Shown here: piece by piece, positions 1 through 7,650 of the stretch
Layout: every line of letters starts with the position of its first letter
Numbering within the stretch: position 1 is the stretch's first letter
Origin: Promethearchaeota archaeon
GTDB lineage: Archaea; Asgardarchaeota; Lokiarchaeia; Sigyniarchaeales; SOKP01
Direction: 5' to 3'
NCBI GenBank assembly: GCA_048938005.1
Contig: JBHLMQ010000056.1
Location: 1 to 20,211, forward strand
Length of the DNA: 20,211 bases
Program-made: the position numbers and the translations under genes
The notes under the pieces: generated by a model
What the model was told of the DNA's origin: nothing
The model's database searches: none
Seen by the model: the letters and a program-made list of their open reading frames with translations, nothing else

Positions 1-188
1 CTATTAGAGAATCCTTAAAATTAACTTCTCAAACTATTAAAGAAGCTAGTGAAAAATTTTCAAAAGCTTTAGAGGATACTATGGCAAGGATGTCAGATTT
101 AACAATACAGATGAATATAAGAGATACTATTTTAAAGAGTCTCGGAATTGATGGAATAATTCCAGATTTTCTAAAAAAAAAGAAGTAA
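1..188 (+). CDS. 3' end of a hypothetical helical/coiled-coil protein running in from the left edge (not in ORF track)
   Basis: Frame starting at nt 3 is open to TAA at 186-188: IRESLKLTSQTIKEASEKFSKALEDTMARMSDLTIQMNIRDTILKSLGIDGIIPDFLKKKK*. It converges on 192..386. Confidence 0.7.
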   Translation, partial: IRESLKLTSQTIKEASEKFSKALEDTMARMSDLTIQMNIRDTILKSLGIDGIIPDFLKKKK

Positions 189-191
189 TTG

Positions 192-386
192 CTAAATTTT
201 TTTTTCCTTCTCATATCTCTTAAAAACTAAATATGCGATTGTAAGTGAAATGATATAAATAATAGTAAATGATGACCATAAAATGATTTCATTTACATTA
301 TTTTCAATTACTCCCATAATAGCTTTATATATAAAAAAAATACTAAATAAAGATAGTAACAGTATTCTTGATTTTACTTTATCCAT
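192..386 (-). CDS. Small membrane protein (2 TM helices)
   Basis: 64 aa with two hydrophobic segments (ILLLSLFSIFFIYKAIMGVI; IILWSSFTIIYIISLTIAYLVF) and a basic C-tail. Confidence 0.6.
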   Translation of the reverse strand: MDKVKSRILLLSLFSIFFIYKAIMGVIENNVNEIILWSSFTIIYIISLTIAYLVFKRYEKEKKI

Positions 387-484
387 GTTTCTTTAAAAAG
401 TTATAATTAGTAATTAAAATAATATAATACTTAAAATTAAAAGTATAATAAAGAATAATAGAAAAAAAATTGTTATTTTGAAAA

Positions 485-688
485 ATGTCTGAAAGAACTC
501 CTCCTGTTTGTTTTGTGTGTGGTAAAAGCTGCAAAAATACGATGGAAAATACACATTACTGTATATGTGATGTAGCCATATGCCATGATTGTATAAATTC
601 TGTTAAGAAGAATGATAAAGTCTGGATTTGCCCACATTGTAAAGAAGAAAATGATATTGAAGAAAGTAGGTTGTTCAGAACAAATTAA
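485..688 (+). CDS. Stand-alone C4C4 RING-type zinc finger protein
   Basis: C-x2-C-x13-C-x-C-x4-C-x2-C-x12-C-x2-C, ending in the RING-typical CPxC(K/R). Confidence 0.8.
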   Translation: MSERTPPVCFVCGKSCKNTMENTHYCICDVAICHDCINSVKKNDKVWICPHCKEENDIEESRLFRTN

Positions 689-765
689 TTCTTTATATTC
701 TCACAAAAATAAAAAGCTATCTTTATTTTACCTATTTAAAAAAATAATAATATTTTTGATTTTCG

Positions 766-1257
766 ATGTCAACTAACATAATTTCAAAAGTTTTAGAAAT
801 AGACAACTGTAATAAAGATGGATTTGTTAAAGCTCTCTATAAACCAGAGTTTTGGTTAACTGTTAATCCTTCCAAAAAAATGGAAGCAGAATTTATAGCC
901 CCAAACGTATTATATACTAAAATTATAGAGGAAATTATCGGTTTTAAAGTTGAGATGGAAGGAGAACTGGTGTTACAAGACAAAGGAGAGCAAGAAGGAG
1001 GAAAGGGGCGACTAATTGAATTAAATGTTCGAAATAATAAAGATGTTAGAGAATTAGAAGGACGTATACGTGTAAAGGAAATTTCAACCAATAAATCAAA
1101 AATAGGAGTTTTTATAAACAGTTTCACACTTGGAAGTGATTTTCTTAATTTAATTGGAAAGAGCGCTGCAGAATTAACATTGAGGAATAAAATTACTGAA
1201 ATGTTGAGAAAATTAGAAAAATGGTTAAAAACAAACTCTTTAGATGATTTAATTTAA
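766..1257 (+). CDS. Probable SRPBCC/START (CoxG-like) ligand-binding fold protein
   Basis: 163 aa. N-terminal strand-helix (ALYKPEFWLTVNP), a run of alternating beta strands, and a long C-terminal amphipathic helix (LRNKITEMLRKLEKWL). Fold call is inference. Confidence 0.55.
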   Translation: MSTNIISKVLEIDNCNKDGFVKALYKPEFWLTVNPSKKMEAEFIAPNVLYTKIIEEIIGFKVEMEGELVLQDKGEQEGGKGRLIELNVRNNKDVRELEGRIRVKEISTNKSKIGVFINSFTLGSDFLNLIGKSAAELTLRNKITEMLRKLEKWLKTNSLDDLI

Positions 1258-1331
1258 ATTTCAGATACAATATATTAATTAATATTAAAGACTAATATAT
1301 ATTGGAGATTTTTGAAAAAACGGGTTAAAAA

Positions 1332-2177
1332 ATGAATATATGGATTATGGAATCAGATAGTGGTATTACTCTTGTCTACAAGCCGTACATGGATTTTCCT
1401 GTAAATGAAGACTTAGTATCGGGACTTTTGACAGCACTTAATCAATTTACTATTGTAGAATTCAAACAGGGTATAGAATCTATTGAGATGGGGGGTTTAA
1501 GGTGGGTTTACATACAGGATAAAGATACAAATCTTTTATTTATAGGGGCAGATTCTAAAGATGTAAAAGCGGATATATTAAGAGCACGTCTAGATGTGAT
1601 ACGTCAGACTTTTATTCAACAATATCATAATGAAAAAAATCGTTGGGGTAGTAAATGGGCTGGAAATGTTGAAATTTATAAACCTTTTGAACAAGTTATT
1701 GATGAGTTCTATACTCAATGGAAACAAGCAGAGCGTATAACTACAGTAGCTGAATTTTTTGATATTTTAGGAATATTTCAACAAATATTAAATTTAGTTA
1801 TCAATGTAATAGAAGGCCATTTAGATGAAAAGAAAAAGGAGATTATGTATGATAGAGTTGAAGAAATGTTTAAAAACTATTCAAATCTCGAGATTGTTCA
1901 AGATAATCCTGAATTGAGTAAAATCACATTTGTAAGAAATGTAGGATTTAATGTCATTAGTATAGATCCTATGAACAGTGATATGTACCTTGTCGAAAAG
2001 CAAATAATAAACTTGATTCGTCGAATTGTTGAAATTCTTAAACAAGAAGAAGGGTATTTTCCAAGTTTAAAATATTTTATTAAAGAGAATATCTTTGATT
2101 ATTTATTGTCAAACTTTAACCTCTTAAATGATTTAAACTTATTCACATTTTTACTGCAACTTTTTTTAATTAAATGA
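1332..2177 (+). CDS. Longin-domain protein with helical C-terminal region
   Basis: N-terminal ~120 aa match the Asgard longin pattern: IWIMESDSGITLVYK, EDLVSGLLTALNQF, IESIEMGG, LLFIG, LDVIRQTFIQQY. Confidence 0.75.
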   Translation: MNIWIMESDSGITLVYKPYMDFPVNEDLVSGLLTALNQFTIVEFKQGIESIEMGGLRWVYIQDKDTNLLFIGADSKDVKADILRARLDVIRQTFIQQYHNEKNRWGSKWAGNVEIYKPFEQVIDEFYTQWKQAERITTVAEFFDILGIFQQILNLVINVIEGHLDEKKKEIMYDRVEEMFKNYSNLEIVQDNPELSKITFVRNVGFNVISIDPMNSDMYLVEKQIINLIRRIVEILKQEEGYFPSLKYFIKENIFDYLLSNFNLLNDLNLFTFLLQLFLIK

Positions 2178-2350
2178 TTTAATTTCAATTTATTCATTAT
2201 TGTTAAGGATTTATTGGTATATTTCGATGATATCATTGAAATATGCGATGTAATCCTTATAAAAGTAAAATGGACTTATTTTAAATAGATTTATTAAAAG
2301 CTGATTATTTAAGTTATTTATTGACCTCAAATAACTAAATTCGTAAGATA

Positions 2351-3661
2351 ATGGAACCCATTCTGCTTATAATAATTTTTATTTTATTCATCGTAATTAT
2401 TTTGAGTTATTCGAAATCTGGTCTTGATTTTGTTGCTATTTCTTTAATCTGTTGTTTTATTGCTGCTACAATTACTGGATTAGTGAAGGGTATCGGTATT
2501 AATACTTTTATTTTATCCATTGAATGGGAAGCGATTATTATTATATTAAGTATGAGTATTATAACAAAAATAGCCCAAGATTCAAATATTTTAGAGTTTG
2601 TAGCAGTGAAACTTTTCAAATTTTCACGTGGTGAACAAAGAATTTTTTTTTGGTACCTCTGTATTATTACTACCCTTTTAGCTGCGATAATTAGCGATGT
2701 TGTTGTAGTTTTAATTTTGGCCCCTATTGTGATAAGGCTTTGTCATTTTCTAAAAATTAGAGCTGGAACGTATCTTTTGGGAATGACTATTTGCATTAAT
2801 ATAGGCTCAATACTAACTCCGTTCTCAAGTGGAGAAAATATTATTATTTCTACTGCAATTACTGCAGCAGGGATTGCAAAGCTAGATACACTTTATTTTA
2901 TTCAGTATTATTGGGGATTTTCATTCTTTTTATTATTTGCGACGATTTTTTTAATAGACAGATTTGTTTTGAGAAAAGAGCCAAAAATTGAAGATCTTCA
3001 AAAAAAATATGTTATAGACTTAATAAACACAGATATTATGGTAAAAAATAAGAAAATGTTTTACTTCAATAGTATTGCAATAATAATAACAATTATTTTA
3101 TTTGCTGTTCTTCCGTTATTATATTTAACAGCCGCCATTTCCGCATTAATTCTTGTATTAGTGAACAGAAGTTATACAAAAAAGCCAATGAGCGAACTTT
3201 TAAAAGATATTGAATGGGAAATTATATTTTTTTTTATAAGTTTATACGTCGTTATAGAGTGCCTTTTGCAAGCAGGATTTCAAGATTTAATTACACAAAT
3301 TCCGTTCGAAATGTTCAATCCTTTTTTAATATCGTTTTTCTTACTTATAGTAGTAAGTTTCATCTCAGGAGTAGTCGCTAACACACCAACAGCATTGATC
3401 TTCATTCCAATAGTACAAACTCTAGCTAATAATTTCGGATCAGTTCCTTTGCTTTTTTCTTTCATAATTGGTATCAATATTGGAGGTAATTTCATTCCTC
3501 AAGGTGCCGCTTGTGATATGATGACTTTAAAAATAGCTCGAGATTCAGGTGTTGAAAATATGAGTTATAAACGTCTATTAAAGATGGGTGGTGCTTTTGC
3601 CTTAATTCATCTTGGATTTTCAATAATATTTTTATTAATTCTAGTACCGATTTTTGGATAA
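2351..3661 (+). CDS. ArsB/NhaD/SLC13 (CitMHS, P-protein-like) ion-transporter superfamily permease
   Basis: 436 aa, about 12 hydrophobic segments, internal repeat (IEWEAIIII / IEWEIIFFF), loops NIGSILTP..ENIII and NIGGNFIPQGA. Confidence 0.85.
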   Translation: MEPILLIIIFILFIVIILSYSKSGLDFVAISLICCFIAATITGLVKGIGINTFILSIEWEAIIIILSMSIITKIAQDSNILEFVAVKLFKFSRGEQRIFFWYLCIITTLLAAIISDVVVVLILAPIVIRLCHFLKIRAGTYLLGMTICINIGSILTPFSSGENIIISTAITAAGIAKLDTLYFIQYYWGFSFFLLFATIFLIDRFVLRKEPKIEDLQKKYVIDLINTDIMVKNKKMFYFNSIAIIITIILFAVLPLLYLTAAISALILVLVNRSYTKKPMSELLKDIEWEIIFFFISLYVVIECLLQAGFQDLITQIPFEMFNPFLISFFLLIVVSFISGVVANTPTALIFIPIVQTLANNFGSVPLLFSFIIGINIGGNFIPQGAACDMMTLKIARDSGVENMSYKRLLKMGGAFALIHLGFSIIFLLILVPIFG

Positions 3662-3874
3662 CGATAACTTTAAAAAAAGAAAATATGAAATATTAATTAT
3701 CTATAAATAATCTCTCATGCGCAGTAGGTCAATCACGCGCTCAAGCGAAATTATATATGCTCTTCTTCGATTATATTATTACATTTTTGAGTAAGTTCAA
3801 AAATTGATTTCCCATATGAAACAATTATATATAAAAAAACTTAAAAATTTTGATATTTATAATATTTTAATAGT

Positions 3875-4038
3875 CGAAGAGAGTTCATTTTTTAACAATT
3901 TCCCCCGCACATTATACGGTATTTAATATTATAACCGAACTTTCTTCGATATGTTTAAATATTATTTATTACATATATCATATTAGAGAAAACAAATTAA
4001 TTTAAAATTAATGAAAAGGTAAAAATGAACCTTATTCA
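3875..4038 (+). promoter_or_regulatory. Phased array of 13-bp palindromic operators plus TATA box upstream of the Cys/His-Lrp gene
   Basis: CGAAGAGAGTTCA 3875-3887, degenerate CGCACATTATACG 3906-3918, CGAACTTTCTTCG 3936-3948, TTTAAATA 3954-3961, TGAACCTTATTCA 4026-4038. Confidence 0.65.
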
Positions 4039-4077
4039 GATTTATAAGAAATTTGAATTTCAATTAATATAGACGAG

Positions 4078-4671
4078 TTGATTGTGATGGTAACCTGTCC
4101 GAAATGTGGAGAAGAGTACTCATTAGGTAGAAAAATTTATCACAGCTGTGAAGGGTTTTCAATAGAACACGGTGTTATTTTTAATGACGATCGTGTAAAT
4201 CGTCCTTGGAATTGTCATTCAATGGATGAAGTCGATAAAAGAATTTTAAATATATTACAAAAAAATGACAAAATTTCATATCGAGAGTTAGCAGAAAAGT
4301 TGAAATTAGCAGCAAGCACAATTCATAATAGAGTAAAAAAGATGATTGAAGAGGAAATAATAAAACAATTTGGAGCTATAGTAGATCCAGTGAAAATTGG
4401 CTATAATACTATAGCTATAGTAGGGCTCTCAGTTGATCCAACAAAAATGAATAAAATTGCAGAGAAAATAGCATCATATAATGAAACTCAACTTGTAGCG
4501 ATATCATCTGGAGATCATGATATTATAGCTCAGATCATCGCTAAGGACGAAAAGACACTCTGGAACTTTATAAATATAAAAATCAAGACAATAAATGGAA
4601 TAAAACCTCAAATTCATGTATCTAACTTTTTAGATATATATAAATCAACGCAATCAATAAAAATTGTATAG
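4078..4671 (+). CDS. Lrp/AsnC transcriptional regulator with N-terminal Cys/His (putative metal-binding) domain; ATG at 4087 is the likelier start
   Basis: DEVDKRILNILQKNDKISYRELA..LAASTIHNRV HTH, VDPVKIGY linker, SSGDHD RAM domain. N-terminal CPKC..HSC..WNC. Confidence 0.9.
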   Translation: MIVMVTCPKCGEEYSLGRKIYHSCEGFSIEHGVIFNDDRVNRPWNCHSMDEVDKRILNILQKNDKISYRELAEKLKLAASTIHNRVKKMIEEEIIKQFGAIVDPVKIGYNTIAIVGLSVDPTKMNKIAEKIASYNETQLVAISSGDHDIIAQIIAKDEKTLWNFINIKIKTINGIKPQIHVSNFLDIYKSTQSIKIV

Positions 4672-4696
4672 CAATACTTCTATTTTTTCTTCCCAT

Positions 4697-5158
4697 TTAT
4701 TCATCATCAAATTGTTTTACAATTGTAAACCAAAAATTCACTATTGAATTAATAATTCTATAAAAATCCTTCATTTCTAAAGGTTTGATTACATAACAAT
4801 TAGCATGGAGATTGTAAGCTTTTATTAAATCTTCTTTTGCATCTGATACTGTTAAGATTACCACGGGAATCCGTTTTATTTTATCATCATGCTTGAGTTC
4901 TTTTAGTACCTCAAATCCATTCATCTTTGGTAAATTTAAATCTAAAATGATTAGGTTAGGGGGTTTGGCATTAGAGAATTTTCCTCTCCTCTTTAAAAAA
5001 TCAATAGCTTCAACGCCATCCCTAACAATATCTAAAGTACTGACAATTTTATTCTCTTTAAGAACTTGCTTAGTAAGTTGAATGTCTGCAGCATTATCTT
5101 CTACGAGTAAGATGTGAGCCTTAATTCTTGTATATTCATTTACCATAATATATACCAC
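4697..5158 (-). CDS. Single-domain response regulator, Rcp1/RcpA type; start may be ATG at 5146
   Basis: LLVEDNAAD, DGVEAIDFL, phosphoacceptor IILDLNLPK, VVILT, ANCYVIKP, FWF tail. Abuts the kinase stop (TAGTG overlap). Confidence 0.92.
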   Translation of the reverse strand: MVYIMVNEYTRIKAHILLVEDNAADIQLTKQVLKENKIVSTLDIVRDGVEAIDFLKRRGKFSNAKPPNLIILDLNLPKMNGFEVLKELKHDDKIKRIPVVILTVSDAKEDLIKAYNLHANCYVIKPLEMKDFYRIINSIVNFWFTIVKQFDDE

Positions 5159-6225
5159 TAGTCTTTAATTTTTTCTGGAAAAATTGTAAAGAAGAAGGTT
5201 GATCCTTTCCCAATTTCTGATTCTACCCATATTTTTCCACCATATCGTTGAACTATCTTTTTACATATAGGTAATCCTATCCCTGTACCTGGATATTCTT
5301 CTTTAGTATGTAGCCGGTAAAAAATGTTAAAAAGCTTACCAAAATAGTCTGATTCAATACCTATACCATTATCTTTTACAGAGAATAACCACTTATTATT
5401 AGTTTTGGTTACCCCTATATGTATTCTAGGTGTTTCTTGCTTTCGGAATTTTATGGCATTACTAAGTAAATTCTGAAATAATTGTATAAATTGAGATTTA
5501 TCTACTTTTAATATTGGCATTTCATCATAAGTTATAATTGCACCACTTTCTTTTATTGATTCATGTAAATTAAACAGGGCATCCTGTAAAATAACCTCAA
5601 GGTTAGTTAATTTAGGAGGTTGAGCGTGTGTTGTGATTCTTGAATATGATAATAAATCTTTTATAAGGGTATTCATTTTTTTTGCTCCGTCTGTTATAAA
5701 GTGTATAAATTCTTTACCATCCTTATCAATTTTATCTTGATATTTATCTTCTAGAAGTTGAGAAAAGCTTACAATTGCTCGTAAAGGTTCTTGCAGATCG
5801 TGTGATGCTACATAAGCAAATTGCTGTAAATCTTCGTTAGAGCGTCTTAAATCCTCCATAATTTCATTAAATTCAATTTCTCTTTTTGAAATATGCTCAG
5901 ATAGGAATGATACTACTATTCCAACAATAATTAATGAAATACCTCTCAGAAAATTATTTATTGTCTCTAGATTAAAAATCCCATAATCCTGAATGATATG
6001 AAAAAGTATTAATATTACAGCTAAAAAAGCAGGAACAATTAAACCTGTCTTTTTCCACCAGAGACTTGCCAAAATTGAAGGGAAATAGAAAAAATGCGCC
6101 ACTAGGATAGAAGTTTTAAATATTAACTCGAAATAATAAATTAATAAACACGAGAGGATAATTAATATTAAAATAATCACAATTCTTATTCTTTCTTCTT
6201 TAAATTTCGAATTCATTACAATCAT
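5158..6225 (-). CDS. Membrane-bound sensor histidine kinase with Cph1/bacteriophytochrome-type kinase core but no photosensory module
   Basis: About four N-terminal TM segments, H-box LQQFAYVASHDLQEPLR, N-box QNLLSNAIKF, G1 DNGIGI, G2 GTGIGL, GKGSTF. Confidence 0.93.
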   Translation of the reverse strand: MIVMNSKFKEERIRIVIILILIILSCLLIYYFELIFKTSILVAHFFYFPSILASLWWKKTGLIVPAFLAVILILFHIIQDYGIFNLETINNFLRGISLIIVGIVVSFLSEHISKREIEFNEIMEDLRRSNEDLQQFAYVASHDLQEPLRAIVSFSQLLEDKYQDKIDKDGKEFIHFITDGAKKMNTLIKDLLSYSRITTHAQPPKLTNLEVILQDALFNLHESIKESGAIITYDEMPILKVDKSQFIQLFQNLLSNAIKFRKQETPRIHIGVTKTNNKWLFSVKDNGIGIESDYFGKLFNIFYRLHTKEEYPGTGIGLPICKKIVQRYGGKIWVESEIGKGSTFFFTIFPEKIKD

Positions 6226-6447
6226 TTCTCTTATTTTATTATATATTCATTAATTTGATTTTTTTTTAAAATTGAGAAAAAATCATGGGAAATATTCTTT
6301 ATTAATAAAAATATTGTCCAATGGAAAATAAATTTTATCGAACAAAAATATTATAACTTCTAATTCAGAAAATGAGATTTCAGTTTAAAATTTACAATCA
6401 AAATTATTCTTTCTAAATTATAAATAAAATAATTATTTATATTAAAA

Positions 6448-6460
6448 TGAATATTATTCA
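6448..6460. promoter_or_regulatory. YGAA-N5-TTCR palindrome in the divergent kinase / REC-Lrp intergenic region
   Basis: TGAATATTATTCA. Confidence 0.5.
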
Positions 6461-6534
6461 GAATAAGAGAAATTAAGATGAAAAAGATTTTAATTTTAAA
6501 AAAATGCATAAAAAGTATTTTCAGGTGAATAAAA

Positions 6535-7419
6535 ATAGAGGATAAAAAACTCAATCTACTATTAATTGAAGATAATACTGCTGATGTGCGTCTTATTGAA
6601 GAATTATTAAAAACTTCCGCAGAATTCAAATTTGATTTAAAATCATATCCTAGACTATCTGAAAGTTTGAATAGTCTTAAAACTAGAAGCTTTGATATTA
6701 TTATATTAGATTTAACTTTGCCAGATAGCGATAGAGAGACTACTTTAGAAAGAGTTTTAAGTGTGATAGACACAATACCTATAATTATTTTAACTGGGTT
6801 GGATGATAAGGAATTTGCATTGCAATCTCTTCAAAAAGGAGCACAAGATTATATGGTAAAAAGTGAGCTTAATGGACCAAGTTTAACACGGGCGATCTTG
6901 TATGCTATTGAACGGCACAGAATTGAAAGTGAAAAGTTAATGGGAAAGGTTATAAAAATACCACTTGATAAAAAAGATAAAGAAATCCTTAATCTACTAC
7001 AAAATAATTATAGAATCTCTTATAAGGAATTAAGTAAAAAAGTGAATCTTGCCGCTAGTACTATACATAATCGAGTACAAAATATGATAAAAGAAGGAAT
7101 CATAAAAAAATTTGATACTCTCGTAGATCCACTTAAAATCGGATTTGAATCTATAGCCATTCTTGGTCTCTCTGTTGATCCATTGAGATTGGACGATATA
7201 GCAAAAAAACTAGCCATTTATGATGAGATACAATTAGTTACATCCTCAACTGGAGACCATAATTTATTAATAAAAATTATTGCGAAAGATGAGAAAAATC
7301 TCTGGAGATTTATTAATGAAGAACTTAAAACACTAGATGGAATTCAACTACCAATACATGTGTCAAGTTTTATAGATATTTTTAAAATGACTCATAAGAT
7401 TAATTTTAGAATTGAATAA
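6535..7419 (+). CDS. Response regulator with Lrp/AsnC DNA-binding output (REC-Lrp fusion); true start is upstream of the track's GTG 6586, probably ATA at 6535
   Basis: In-frame upstream codons give EDKKLNLLLIEDNTAD (REC beta1 and acidic pocket). IILDLTLPD, ILTG, GAQDYMVK follow, then a full Lrp domain (LAASTIHNRV, VDPLKIGF, STGDHN). AGGTGA at 6523-6528. Confidence 0.88.
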   Translation: MEDKKLNLLLIEDNTADVRLIEELLKTSAEFKFDLKSYPRLSESLNSLKTRSFDIIILDLTLPDSDRETTLERVLSVIDTIPIIILTGLDDKEFALQSLQKGAQDYMVKSELNGPSLTRAILYAIERHRIESEKLMGKVIKIPLDKKDKEILNLLQNNYRISYKELSKKVNLAASTIHNRVQNMIKEGIIKKFDTLVDPLKIGFESIAILGLSVDPLRLDDIAKKLAIYDEIQLVTSSTGDHNLLIKIIAKDEKNLWRFINEELKTLDGIQLPIHVSSFIDIFKMTHKINFRIE

Positions 7420-7421
7420 AA

Positions 7422-7442
7422 AGGATAAATTATTTTTATCCT
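7422..7442. terminator. Short hairpin directly after the REC-Lrp stop, between convergent genes
   Basis: AGGATAAA-TTATT-TTTATCCT, a perfect 8-bp stem. Confidence 0.35.
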
Positions 7443-7650
7443 ATGAGATCTCTGTTTCTAGATATATTTTCTTCCTTTCTATACTAAATCTTGCACATTT
7501 TTCTCAGCAGTAGGTTTAACAGGTCTTATAAATTATATTCTTCCATCTCTGGTTTATAGATTGATTAATATTTTGTAGGATAATTATTAATTATATCGCT
7601 TGCCGACTCTTACATTTTTTGTTTTAATAAAGAATTGCTTAAAAAATAAT

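Noticed and set aside
29-214. 61-aa minus-strand ORF
   Set aside because: Antisense shadow of the plus-strand partial CDS ending at 188; also overlaps 192..386.
5158-6225. Phytochrome photoreceptor
   Set aside because: No PAS/GAF/PHY chromophore-binding region; only the kinase core is Cph1-like.
6478-6528. Selenocysteine readthrough of the in-frame TGA upstream of REC-Lrp
   Set aside because: Lokiarchaeia can encode Sec, but this TGA is not in a catalytic Cys-like context, is explained by the AGGTGA ribosome-binding site, and I saw no convincing SECIS.
6360-6773. 137-aa minus-strand ORF
   Set aside because: Antisense to REC-Lrp and running into low-complexity AT-rich promoter DNA.
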